IMG/VR virus record: IMGVR_UViG_3300017991_000124 | Span: 1 to 58,359 of that record | Source of the DNA: a virus | Taxonomy: Duplodnaviria > Caudoviricetes | DNA: 58,359 nt | Strand: one strand, 5' to 3' | Shown: piece after piece, positions 18,574 through 27,769 of the stretch | Numbering within the stretch: position 1 is the stretch's first letter | Layout: every line of letters begins with the position of its first letter | Made by a program: the position numbers and the translations under genes | Notes under the pieces: model-generated | Seen by the model: only the letters and a program-made list of their open reading frames with translations | The model's database searches: none | What the model was told of the DNA's origin: nothing

Positions 18574-18866
18574 TAGCTGATGGTGCCGGTGCTGCTGGTG
18601 TTGGCGGTGTCCCCACCGCTGGTTACGTTGGCCGCGGTGCCGGTGGTGGTCACTTCAGCGTTGGCCACGACGTAGTTGACTATGACCTGCCCGATCGATT
18701 CGCACAGGTCGGCGACTTGCTGCTTCGCCGTCGCCAATTGCGCACCGGTCAGCGTGCCGTAACTGATCTTCGCATCGTAGTCTTGGAACACCGCATAGGC
18801 GCACCCGCTGCCGCTGTCGGCTCCGGTGCCAGGATCGATGGTGATGCTGCCGGGGTCCAAGGACAT
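18573..18866 (-). CDS. Small spike-associated protein
   Basis: AGGAGG SD; follows spike gene. Confidence 0.6.
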   Translation of the reverse strand: MSLDPGSITIDPGTGADSGSGCAYAVFQDYDAKISYGTLTGAQLATAKQQVADLCESIGQVIVNYVVANAEVTTTGTAANVTSGGDTANTSSTGTIS

Positions 18867-18875
18867 CGCATCCTC

Positions 18876-19670
18876 CTATGGGGTTGGCGACAGGAACAGC
18901 CGCGGGCAGGGGGCCGATGCCGGTCCCGCCAGTAGCGGCACGCCCAGGTTGGGGTCGCCGATTTTCACCGTGCCGTTGATCACGATCTGGTCGGCCTGCA
19001 GGTTGATCTCTCCAGGCTTCAGCGTGACCACCGCCACCTTGAGCCCCGACCCGGACGGGGAGTCCGGGCTTTGCAGTTGCACCGATCCCCCAAGCAGATC
19101 GTCTTGGAGCAGGATCGCCGCCCCGTTGGCGTGCACCACGCTGATCGACTCGTTGCCGCTGGTCGGGTCCAGGGTGATGACGTGCGCCTTCTGCGCCACG
19201 CCCGCAGCGTTGAAGTCGTAGGGGCAGTAGATCACCTGGATTGCCCCCTTGGTCAGATCGTCGTTGTCCACGGGGCTGATGGCGTGGTAGCCCCCGCCGT
19301 ACCCTACCAGTGCCACCGTGCCCTCGTTGGGGGCGTCGCCGAACATCCGCGCCCGCACGTCGCGCGAGGCGATGGGGATCAGCGAGTCCCCGAAGCGCAC
19401 GCACACTGCCTCGGCGTGGTCGCCGTCCGTGTCGTCATCGGGGGGCAGCGGCCGGCACACGATCCCGATCTGGCCGTACACGTCGCCGTCGTCCACCTCG
19501 CCCCCGCCGCCGTCGACCGTGGCCTCGTCCTCGTCGGCGGCCAGATCCAGGCCAGGCACCCCCTCCACCTGGTACTGTACCGGCCGCTTGGACCCCTGCA
19601 CGGCCTCGACCAGGCTGCTGCCCACCACGCGGCAGAACTGAAACACGGCATCGGCGGTGGTGCGCAGCAT
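18876..19670 (-). CDS. Baseplate spike (Mu gp45/gpV-like)
   Basis: YGQIGIVCRP...AEAVCV N-domain; C-terminal beta repeats INLQADQIVINGTVKIG. Confidence 0.7.
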   Translation of the reverse strand: MLRTTADAVFQFCRVVGSSLVEAVQGSKRPVQYQVEGVPGLDLAADEDEATVDGGGGEVDDGDVYGQIGIVCRPLPPDDDTDGDHAEAVCVRFGDSLIPIASRDVRARMFGDAPNEGTVALVGYGGGYHAISPVDNDDLTKGAIQVIYCPYDFNAAGVAQKAHVITLDPTSGNESISVVHANGAAILLQDDLLGGSVQLQSPDSPSGSGLKVAVVTLKPGEINLQADQIVINGTVKIGDPNLGVPLLAGPASAPCPRLFLSPTP

Positions 19671-20413
19671 CAGTCGATCCCCCGGACGCAGATCACCCGC
19701 GCGCCGATCGCGTCACCGTAGGCGAGGATTGCGGTTGTGATGTAATTGATCGTCCATCGTTGGCCCAGCACATCGGTTCGGATCGACCCGCTGCGGACAT
19801 CACCAAACCCGCACCCGTCCCCGAACGCCGCCGGCCAGTAGCAGCCGCCCGTCGGGCCGTCCCATGGCGCGCACCCGGTGCAGTCCTCCGCGTCGGCCTC
19901 GTCCAGCCACAGGGGGTCGCTCAGGGCGCACCCGTCGTCGCAGGGGGTGGCCAGCGCCCAGCGGAGCTCGTCGATAGTCGGCAGCCGCCAGCCGGATCCC
20001 AAAGCCGAGCAGTAGGCCGTAGCATCGGCGTGGTCGAGCAGCGTAGGTGCCGGGGCAGCCCAGCACCGGGCGCCGTCCTCCCAGAAGCAGTCCGCGTCCG
20101 TGTCGGTGTCGGGCCCGGGGTCACCGTCGGGCGCCCCGTCCGGCCCAGCGTCGGCGACAATTCCAGCGTCGCTATCCGTGTCGGTGTCGCCGTCCACGTC
20201 GCCGTCCGCATCCGTGTCGGTGTCGCCGTCGGCGCCCGAATCCGTGGCTGCGTCGCCAGCAGCGGCATCGCTGCCCGCGTCCTCCCCCGGGGCGGCATCC
20301 CAGGCCCCGGCATCCGTTCCGCCGTCTGGGGGCCATCCTGGGCCGTCTGACGGGTATGTCCCGTCGCACCCCGCCGCCGCCAGCACCAATAAAATCGCCA
20401 AATGTTTCATCAA
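19670..20413 (-). CDS. Lipoprotein with Asp-rich linker and DUF1566/Lcl-like domain
   Basis: Signal peptide plus lipobox (LVLAAAG-C); DTDTDADGD repeats; AYCSALGSGWRLPTIDELR; terminal VICVR. Confidence 0.75.
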   Translation of the reverse strand: MMKHLAILLVLAAAGCDGTYPSDGPGWPPDGGTDAGAWDAAPGEDAGSDAAAGDAATDSGADGDTDTDADGDVDGDTDTDSDAGIVADAGPDGAPDGDPGPDTDTDADCFWEDGARCWAAPAPTLLDHADATAYCSALGSGWRLPTIDELRWALATPCDDGCALSDPLWLDEADAEDCTGCAPWDGPTGGCYWPAAFGDGCGFGDVRSGSIRTDVLGQRWTINYITTAILAYGDAIGARVICVRGID

Positions 20414-21534
20414 CTGAGCACCCAGATCCCTTTCTTCAGCAGCGACAGGTTGGTGGCATCGCCTCCTGCCGGGTCACGCCTCAACGTAACCCCATGCACA
20501 AAGTATGCCCCCAGGGTGCCCCCGAGTACATCGGACTCGACCGCTACCACACAATCGACCCCCCAGTTGACGTTCCGGTAGCCGTCCCACCACGACAGCC
20601 CGTCCAGTTCCACGGTAATCGCGTCCTTGCCCTTGGACCGGGCGGCCAGTTCGCGCTTGATGGCGATCCGCGCCTCCTCGACGGAGCGCACCCCTTCGGC
20701 CTGCATCACGATCGGCCGATAGAACCCGGCGTCGGACACGTCCCGAACCCGGGCCATCTGGCTGACCCGCTTGCGCCCCCGGCCCTTGGGCACCTGGATC
20801 CCGGTCATCTGGATGCTGGAGGGGATGCCGGACCAGTCCTGGCCCCGGGTGATGCCCCGCACGTTGTTGCCCTGGCCCGCCGGCCCTCGGTTGGCCCGCA
20901 GGGTGTAGATCGGCGCCTGCGTGTCGTTGGGGGCGCCAACGAGGATCTTGCCGTCGGGGCTGTCCCAGTGGATCAGCCCGTGCCGGCGCAGGTGCCGGTC
21001 CGCCGCACCGTAGATGGTCTCGCCCGGCTGCACCTTGGCCTTCTGGGCGTTGACCTTCTTGAAGTCTGGCCCCGGACTCTGGCCCGTGGTGTCGCGCCCG
21101 GTCAGCAGGTTGCGGCCCAGCGCCTGGTCGTCGCCGATGAAGTCGGACGCGGTGTATCCCAGCGGTGCGTAGAGGGACAGCAGCAGATCCTTCAACGTCA
21201 TGTTCTTCTGGATGACGCCCGGGCTGGCCCCCGCGTACATGGCGTCCGCCAGCTTGGTGCGGACGGTGAACCGGACCACCGACCCCCCGGCCGCGTCCAG
21301 CGGGGCGTCGTTGAGCTCCACGCGCCCGGTGAGCCGCAGCCGGTCGTTGACGATCACCCGGTACTGCGTGCCGTGCGCCACCCGGTCGCTAATCTGACCC
21401 CAGGTGCCCGCGTTGCCCAACTCGAACGCCGCCTCGCTGGGGACCATCATGTCGTTGGTGATTTCGAAGCTGGTGAAGTTGTCCAGCGTCGGACCGCCGA
21501 CGATCTCCACCCGCGCGGTATCAGGCAGTCGCAT
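20410..21534 (-). CDS. Baseplate hub (Mu gp44-like)
   Basis: KVQPGETI...WDSPDGKILVG motif; synteny. Confidence 0.8.
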   Translation of the reverse strand: MRLPDTARVEIVGGPTLDNFTSFEITNDMMVPSEAAFELGNAGTWGQISDRVAHGTQYRVIVNDRLRLTGRVELNDAPLDAAGGSVVRFTVRTKLADAMYAGASPGVIQKNMTLKDLLLSLYAPLGYTASDFIGDDQALGRNLLTGRDTTGQSPGPDFKKVNAQKAKVQPGETIYGAADRHLRRHGLIHWDSPDGKILVGAPNDTQAPIYTLRANRGPAGQGNNVRGITRGQDWSGIPSSIQMTGIQVPKGRGRKRVSQMARVRDVSDAGFYRPIVMQAEGVRSVEEARIAIKRELAARSKGKDAITVELDGLSWWDGYRNVNWGVDCVVAVESDVLGGTLGAYFVHGVTLRRDPAGGDATNLSLLKKGIWVLS

Positions 21535-22489
21535 CGGCGAACACCCGCACCGGGGTGCCGGGCGGGATCTCCATCAGGTCGGCGATCTGCGGGTTGATCT
21601 CGATCAGCAGCGAGGCGTCCTGCTCCACGTCGGCCGCCACCAGGAAGATCGAGGTGGATACCTTGTAGCGCCGGGTCACCTGCCGGGGGAGTCCGCGTCG
21701 GGCACTCTGCCGCGACTTGCCGGCGATCTCCTTCTGGCGGTTGAGCTTGCGTTGCACGCCGGCCGAATCTGGGTCCAGCAGGATGTCGCGCCCCTCCTCG
21801 GCGGTGTTGGACCACGCCCTCACCACCCGGTCGTGCGCCCCCATCACCATCGCCGCCTGCTGCTCGTAGTCCTGCATCGTGTCGCCGGGCAGGTTGGCGA
21901 TCCCCTCCAGGTTGGCGGCCAGTTCGTTGAGATCTTGCAGGCTGCCGTCCCACATGCCCTCGGACTGCTCGGCGAACTCCGCGGCCTCGGCCAGTTCGTA
22001 GGCGTTGGCCGACACGGATGGCGCGACGAAGCTCGCCGCGTCCACGTTGTCCTCGTTGTCCTGCTTGAACACCAGGTCCACGCGCTCGCAGTCGCGCTCG
22101 GACCCCTCGGCCGACCGGTTCCAGGTCCAGGCCCGCGCACGGATGGTGCCGATGTTGGGCACGGTCAGGTCGCCCGTCTCGTGTTCTTCGAAGGCGTAGA
22201 TCAGCAGGTTGAGCACGTCCGGGTAGAGCTGCAACGAACCGTTGGTCTGCCGCAGCCCGGGCTCGGCGTTGCTATTCTCCTGCAACGAGTTCTCGAAAAT
22301 GCAGGACAGGTTGATCACCAACGCCTCGGCGCCCGTGTCGTCCAGCTTGGCCCCGTCCCGGTAGGGGCGCACCTGGTCGATGATCCGGTTGCCCCCGGTG
22401 ATGGTGATGCGCTCCACCGGGAACGCGATCTTGTTGCCCCCTACGGCCCAGGCGGCCGACGGGTACTGCTCGAAGGTGCCGCGCTGCAT
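21521..22489 (-). CDS. Mu gp43-like DNA circularisation/tube initiator protein with LysM-like end
   Basis: RPYRDGAKLDDTG N-domain; LIEINPQIADLMEIPPGTPVRV C-terminus; follows tape measure. Confidence 0.75.
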   Translation of the reverse strand: MQRGTFEQYPSAAWAVGGNKIAFPVERITITGGNRIIDQVRPYRDGAKLDDTGAEALVINLSCIFENSLQENSNAEPGLRQTNGSLQLYPDVLNLLIYAFEEHETGDLTVPNIGTIRARAWTWNRSAEGSERDCERVDLVFKQDNEDNVDAASFVAPSVSANAYELAEAAEFAEQSEGMWDGSLQDLNELAANLEGIANLPGDTMQDYEQQAAMVMGAHDRVVRAWSNTAEEGRDILLDPDSAGVQRKLNRQKEIAGKSRQSARRGLPRQVTRRYKVSTSIFLVAADVEQDASLLIEINPQIADLMEIPPGTPVRVFADATA

Positions 22490-22498
22490 CGTCTCCTC

Positions 22499-24598
22499 CT
22501 AGCCCGGTGGCGTGTATGACCCAGGTTGGTTGCTGAGTCCGCTCTTGCCCCCCCGGGCGCCGCCACCCTTGGCGGGATCCGTTCCCCCTCCCCCCCCGCT
22601 GTTCTTCGCCAGTTTTTCTGCCGCCGCAGCCATTTTATCGGCGGCCTTCAACTGACGGTCCTGGGTCTTGGCCAGCAGGCGGATCGTTTCCTTGGCGTCA
22701 TCAAACGACGTGCGCCCCCCCGTCATCATGGCGATCGCGTCACCGAACTCGGTGGCAAAATCGCGGTTGATGGCTTTCTTGAACACCACGTCTTTTTCTT
22801 TTTCTAGGCTCGAGATACTCTTCCCCATCATCTCGATCCCCTTGGAACCGCCGACCTCCTTGGCTTGACGCTCAATGTCCCGCGCCTTGTCCAGAGCAGA
22901 TCGCCGCCCCGCCTCGCGCTCATCGTACTTCGCGCTGGCTTCGTCGATCTTGCTTTCCAACATCTTGCCCAGCGCGTACCCCATGGACGCGGCCCCAGCC
23001 AATGACGCCGCCGCCCCCATGGCACTCTGGTTCAGTTTCCAGAAACCGCCCTTCTTGCCACTCATTTCCTTGACGGCGGCAATCTCCATACGTCGCGCCC
23101 GGTTCAGGCGCATGGTTTCCTCTCGGCTGAGCTTCTGGCCCGCGAGCGCCTTCCGCTGCGCATCAACCGCCTTGGGATCAAACCGCGCGAGGCCGCCGAA
23201 TTTGCCGCCGCCACCTGCACCGCCCGCCCCGCCGCCGCCGAACCCACCCCCGGCCCCCGCTGCCAGCATTTCCCCGCCCCCGCCCAACGTGTTCATCATC
23301 GCCGGCAGCCCCAACCGCATCCCCGCCGCCATCCCCGCCGCACCCAACGGGTTACTGGTAATGAATTCCATCAGCGATGCGATCCCGTCGGCCAATGTCG
23401 GCAGAAGGTCTGCCAGACGCTCAATCGCGCTCAGCATCTTGGGCTGCGTGAACGCCTTCTGTACTTTGGTAATCGCCGCCCGCAGTTTGACCGTGGGATC
23501 CTCGTCCATGCGCTTCTCGTAGCGCGTCTGGAGTTTCTCCCATGTATAGTCGGTCTTGCTTACCGCCGTGACCATCTTATCGTAGGCGGACAGCCCCGCC
23601 TGGATCGCTTCCTGTTCGGACGCCCGCGCCTCAATCGCCTGCTCGTACGCCTCCACGAACGGCTTGCGCAACTCGTCAAACGAGGACCGCGCCGTCTCAG
23701 TGAACACCTTGAGCGACTCCTCGTGCATCTTGGGGTTCTTGAGGATCGTGCGGATTTTTTCGAACGGCGTGGAGTCCGCCTCGAACTTGATCTTGCCCGC
23801 CTTCTCCAACTGCTGCATCTGGGTGGTGCCCTCTTTCATGTACATCAGCATGGTCTTCAGACCACGGGCACCCATCCCCGCTCCCATCCGCGCGTCCAAC
23901 AGTTCTAGCGTGCCGAACAGTTCGGACACGTTCATCCCGGCCGCCGCCGCCTCACCAGCGGCGATGTCCATCCGCGACGACAGCTCGTCAATCCCCAACC
24001 CGCCGCGGTCGAGCTTCTCGAGGAACTGCGCCATCAACTGGTTCATGTTCTCGCTGGTGGCCCCCCACTTCCGGCGCAGCATGTGGGCGATGGTGGCCAA
24101 CTCGCTGGTGCTCTTGCCGGTGGCCGTGGCCGCGATTCCGATACTGTCGATCGCCCCCTTGGTGTACTCCAGATCCCCGGTGGCCGAGTACACCTCCTTG
24201 AACGCCGATGCCATGTCGCCGATGGTCTGCCCCGCGCGCATTGCCGAGTCGGTCACCAACTCCTGCGCCGCCTTCCAGTCCATCGTCTGCCCCGGGATCC
24301 GCTCTACCAGAAACGAGATGTCACGGAATTGCTTCTGCAGGTCGATCGAGTTTTTGATCATGCCGCCGATGGCGAACGCCCCGCCAAACGTCGCCATGGT
24401 CTTGATGCTGCCGGCGATCTGGCGGTCCATCCCCTTCATCACCGACTGCATCTTCTTACCAGCCGTGACGAACCCACGGCTCATGGCCGCGCTCATCTTG
24501 TGCCCGGCCTTCTGCACGTCGGCCGTCATGCGCTTCACGCCAGCCTGGAAGTCTCCACGCTTCAGGCTGACCCGAATGCCCGCTTCACGCATTGCCAT
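22499..24598 (-). CDS. Tape measure protein
   Basis: 699 aa helical A/M/K-rich protein after the chaperones. Confidence 0.85.
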   Translation of the reverse strand: MAMREAGIRVSLKRGDFQAGVKRMTADVQKAGHKMSAAMSRGFVTAGKKMQSVMKGMDRQIAGSIKTMATFGGAFAIGGMIKNSIDLQKQFRDISFLVERIPGQTMDWKAAQELVTDSAMRAGQTIGDMASAFKEVYSATGDLEYTKGAIDSIGIAATATGKSTSELATIAHMLRRKWGATSENMNQLMAQFLEKLDRGGLGIDELSSRMDIAAGEAAAAGMNVSELFGTLELLDARMGAGMGARGLKTMLMYMKEGTTQMQQLEKAGKIKFEADSTPFEKIRTILKNPKMHEESLKVFTETARSSFDELRKPFVEAYEQAIEARASEQEAIQAGLSAYDKMVTAVSKTDYTWEKLQTRYEKRMDEDPTVKLRAAITKVQKAFTQPKMLSAIERLADLLPTLADGIASLMEFITSNPLGAAGMAAGMRLGLPAMMNTLGGGGEMLAAGAGGGFGGGGAGGAGGGGKFGGLARFDPKAVDAQRKALAGQKLSREETMRLNRARRMEIAAVKEMSGKKGGFWKLNQSAMGAAASLAGAASMGYALGKMLESKIDEASAKYDEREAGRRSALDKARDIERQAKEVGGSKGIEMMGKSISSLEKEKDVVFKKAINRDFATEFGDAIAMMTGGRTSFDDAKETIRLLAKTQDRQLKAADKMAAAAEKLAKNSGGGGGTDPAKGGGARGGKSGLSNQPGSYTPPG

Positions 24599-24836
24599 CG
24601 TCGCCGGCCTTTCGTCGTCCCCCCGTCAAGCGCTCTTCGATATTATTCCACAAAGCCTCGATGGCGGAAAGGTCCGCCCCCCGGAGTATATCGTTCCATG
24701 CATGAGGCGGGAGCGCCCCTGAGTCTATTGCTCTGACGAATCCGAGGATGACTTCGACAGAAGTACAGGCACTAGCAGGTCGGCCATAGAAAGAATGAAG
24801 GAATTCTGCGCTCCTGGCCCGTATACGGCTAAAGGG
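24585..24836 (-). CDS. Frameshifted (GT-like) extension of tail assembly chaperone
   Basis: -1 frame from slippery C-CCT-TTA reads PFSRIRARSAEFLHSFYGRP... up to the TMP start. Confidence 0.6.
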   Translation of the reverse strand, partial: PFSRIRARSAEFLHSFYGRPASACTSVEVILGFVRAIDSGALPPHAWNDILRGADLSAIEALWNNIEERLTGGRRKAGDDGNA

Positions 24837-25354
24837 CTGATGTCCCGCTCCCGGACGATCTTCGCCACCAGCGCGATCATCTCCCCCTCGCTGATCTGGT
24901 CGGGGCTCGGGTCCACCACACGGCAGAGGTGCTCCAGTTTCGTGTACAGTTGTTGCAGGGACTCCCGATCGTAGTGCTGCTCCAGCGATTCGGGGAACGG
25001 ATCCCACTGCGTGTCGGGCTTGTCCGGGTCCATCATGGCCAGCGACAACTGGCAGATCACTTCCAGATTGTCGAACTGAACGCGGTCATCGGGAAGTCGC
25101 ATGCCTTCGCGCTCGAAAATCTCACGCGCCTTCAGCCGCGCCTGACGGATTTCGGGTTCCCTGAGCACACGCATCAGCACCGGGATTGCCTTGAATCCCC
25201 CCCCCGACTGACGCTTGTACAGGTGCTCCGGGAATAGCAGTCTGCCGTCCTGCTCGAGCACCTCGAGGTCACCCCAGTCCTTGCCCAGCAACCGATCTGC
25301 CACATGGTCGGGCACGTCGCTCGGAAGCTTCAGCGGCTTGTCGGTCTCGGCCAT
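24725..25354 (-). CDS. Tail assembly chaperone (G-like)
   Basis: Between tube and TMP; contains slippery heptamer at 24830-24836. Confidence 0.75.
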   Translation of the reverse strand: MAETDKPLKLPSDVPDHVADRLLGKDWGDLEVLEQDGRLLFPEHLYKRQSGGGFKAIPVLMRVLREPEIRQARLKAREIFEREGMRLPDDRVQFDNLEVICQLSLAMMDPDKPDTQWDPFPESLEQHYDRESLQQLYTKLEHLCRVVDPSPDQISEGEMIALVAKIVRERDISPLAVYGPGAQNSFILSMADLLVPVLLSKSSSDSSEQ

Positions 25355-25357
25355 GCG

Positions 25358-25732
25358 CTAGGTGACGGAGATGCTGCCGACGAAGTTGAGCGACTCGGTG
25401 ATCTCGCTGTCGGACGTGAAGTCCAAATCGTTCGAGGTGAACACGCCCTCGCAGACCACCGTCTTGCCCGGGAACTTGCCCCGCAATTGCGTGGGCTCCG
25501 CGGTCAGGATCTTCTTCAGCGTGTCCAGATCCTGGCCCTCGGACCCGATGGCCGCCTGGTAGCTGACCGTGCACTCGATGTTGCCGCGCACCGTCCCCGC
25601 CGGCGAGCGCGAGATCGTATGCACCTGCTTGGCGTTGTTGTTGACCGAAATTTTGAAGTTCTGGACGTGCACCAGCTCCCCCGCGCCTGCGGCCAGGAAC
25701 CCGCGCCCGAACGTCTCCGTCGAAGTGCCCAT
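25358..25732 (-). CDS. Tail tube protein
   Basis: 124 aa beta-rich protein directly after sheath; AGGAGG SD. Confidence 0.8.
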   Translation of the reverse strand: MGTSTETFGRGFLAAGAGELVHVQNFKISVNNNAKQVHTISRSPAGTVRGNIECTVSYQAAIGSEGQDLDTLKKILTAEPTQLRGKFPGKTVVCEGVFTSNDLDFTSDSEITESLNFVGSISVT

Positions 25733-25742
25733 CGGTTACCTC

Positions 25743-27290
25743 CTAGCTCGGGATGCGAGCCACCTCCATGCCGATCTTGGCGAGCGGCTGGATGATCTCG
25801 AACGGGATGTAGGTGTCCACCTGCGTCGCGTCGCTGGCGTTGATCTGCACGATCAGCTCGTCGTTCTCGAGGATCTCGTCGAAGCCTTCGCCGTACACCA
25901 CGCCCTGCCCCTCCCAGTACCGGATCCGCGACACGATGAACGCCTTGATGTCGCGCTCCTCGCTGACGTTGGGCGGCAGCGGGGTAGTGGGGTCTGTGCG
26001 GTCGGGCATGATCTTCGCGCCCTCGAACTGGATGGGGGTCTGGCTGCGCAGGTCGCGCGCCACCACGAAGGTGCCGTCCACGTTCTGCGTGTCCAGCAGC
26101 CGGCGATCCGCGCCCCCCGCGCTGTCCTGGCTGTGCGTGGTGATGCCCCGGATCAGGTACTCGGCGTCCTGTGCCGTGTAGCCCACGATCGACACCCCGG
26201 CCCCCAGCGCCTGCTCCACCTCGGTGCTGGTCGGCTGGTCGGCGATTTTGTCGTGCGCGCCGTACAGGCCGACGTACTCCTCGCCGATCCGGTTGTAGGC
26301 CGGGTCCACGGAGATGGCGGCGATCCGCGCCCCCGCTTCCTCGGCGCCGAACTCGCCCGGCAGCGACCGCCCGTTGATGCACAGCAGGCACTCGCCGTAC
26401 TCGCTGTTGCTGCCCGCGTTGGAGTGCGGGGCCGCCGCGATGGCGGTGGCCAGCGACCCGGTGTACCCATACACCGTCTGCTGGAGCTTGGCGTTCTTGC
26501 CCTCGTTGTAGAGTTCGATGTGGTCGATGATCTTGGACACGTTGTTCGCGGTGCCCGTGTTGGCGATGTCGGTGTTGGACAAGACCGGCACGATGAAGTG
26601 GTACTCCTTGCCCGCCAGCGCCGCCAGGGCGTTGGTCAGGTTGGGATCCGTGGTGCCGCCGGTGAGCTTGGTGGTCCACGCGGTCGCGCCGCCCACCGCC
26701 TCCGTGCCCTGCTGGTCGCGCACGTCGCAGTGGATGTAGATGTCGTTCCCGATGTTGCCAGTGATCTTGGACGTCACGGTGCAGACTCCTGCGCCGCCGC
26801 TGGCCGCCGTGACCGGCAGGTCGTTTCCTCGGGCGTTAATGGCGTCGATCAGGGCGGTGGCGAAATCGGCCAGGCTGACGCCTGCTCCCCACACTACCTC
26901 GAACGATCGCCCCGCGATGTCCACGTCCACCACGCTGTCCACCGACGTGGCGCCGCTGGCGGTGATGGAGGCGGTGGCCGCCGTTGCTCCAGCCACGGGG
27001 GAGATCGCATCGATCACGGCCGCGCCGTAGCGGGAAAACAGGCGTCGCGCCGCCAAGTCGCCGGGCGTGCCAGGCCCGAACGACGTGGCCGATCCGCTCG
27101 CGTCCGTGCCGGTGCCGCTCAGGGTCCGCACCTCGGTGTCGTCCGTCAGGTCGCCCGAACTGCCCTTGGTGGCGACCAAGGCGATGCGCAGGGTGCCCGT
27201 CCCGGGGCTCGCCGCCCCCGCGAGCAGGTTGACCGACAGGTACAGCCCGGGGCCCAGAATGCTGGGACTCACAACAGGGGTCAGGGACAT
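25743..27290 (-). CDS. Tail sheath protein (Mu gpL-like)
   Basis: PGLYLSVN, LTGGTTDPNLTNAL, LIRGITT and QINASDATQVD motifs. Confidence 0.9.
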   Translation of the reverse strand: MSLTPVVSPSILGPGLYLSVNLLAGAASPGTGTLRIALVATKGSSGDLTDDTEVRTLSGTGTDASGSATSFGPGTPGDLAARRLFSRYGAAVIDAISPVAGATAATASITASGATSVDSVVDVDIAGRSFEVVWGAGVSLADFATALIDAINARGNDLPVTAASGGAGVCTVTSKITGNIGNDIYIHCDVRDQQGTEAVGGATAWTTKLTGGTTDPNLTNALAALAGKEYHFIVPVLSNTDIANTGTANNVSKIIDHIELYNEGKNAKLQQTVYGYTGSLATAIAAAPHSNAGSNSEYGECLLCINGRSLPGEFGAEEAGARIAAISVDPAYNRIGEEYVGLYGAHDKIADQPTSTEVEQALGAGVSIVGYTAQDAEYLIRGITTHSQDSAGGADRRLLDTQNVDGTFVVARDLRSQTPIQFEGAKIMPDRTDPTTPLPPNVSEERDIKAFIVSRIRYWEGQGVVYGEGFDEILENDELIVQINASDATQVDTYIPFEIIQPLAKIGMEVARIPS

Positions 27291-27293
27291 GAT

Positions 27294-27734
27294 CTATTCC
27301 TCCTCGTCGTCGGCGGCGTTCTCGCGCCGTCCGTCCTGCTCGTCGTGCTTCGCTGTCGGGTCCGCCGCCGGGGACGGTTGGTTCTGCTTGTCCTTCTGCT
27401 TTTTCTTCTTGGCGGCGCGCCTGGTCTGCGCGGTGCCCTTGGTCGGGGGCGCCTCCGGGCGCTCATGCTTGGGGGGGGGGCCGTGACGACGCTCCTGCTC
27501 TGCGTCGTACTCCTCCCGCGTGCGCTCGATCAGCGCCCCCTCGCGCAGCGCCCGACTGTACTCCCGGTGGTACCGGATCATCTGCGTCTTGGGGATGGCC
27601 ACCACAGCCTGCGGATCCCAGACCCATCCATGTTCGGGATCCCGCTGCACACCGATGAACAACTGGCCGCTGCCAAAGCGCGCGACCACGTGGCCCTCGA
27701 CGCAGGAAAAATATCGGTAATCTTCGTTGGTCAT
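27294..27734 (-). CDS. Hypothetical protein upstream of sheath
   Basis: Fills the gap exactly; charged C-terminal tail. Confidence 0.6.
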   Translation of the reverse strand: MTNEDYRYFSCVEGHVVARFGSGQLFIGVQRDPEHGWVWDPQAVVAIPKTQMIRYHREYSRALREGALIERTREEYDAEQERRHGPPPKHERPEAPPTKGTAQTRRAAKKKKQKDKQNQPSPAADPTAKHDEQDGRRENAADDEEE

Positions 27735-27740
27735 GGCCCA

Positions 27741-27769
27741 ATCCTAGCGCACGTTAGACCGTCTGTCTA
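27741..27769 (-). promoter_or_regulatory. Promoter TAGACA-N17-TAGGAT, probably leaderless
   Basis: -10 followed by TGGGCC-ATG. Confidence 0.5.

Noticed and set aside
19670-20100. DGR target in the DUF1566-like domain
   Set aside because: No reverse transcriptase or template repeat seen in the window
27471-27480. G10 tract as a phase-variation switch
   Set aside because: Encodes a Pro run in a low-complexity tail; no evidence of variation
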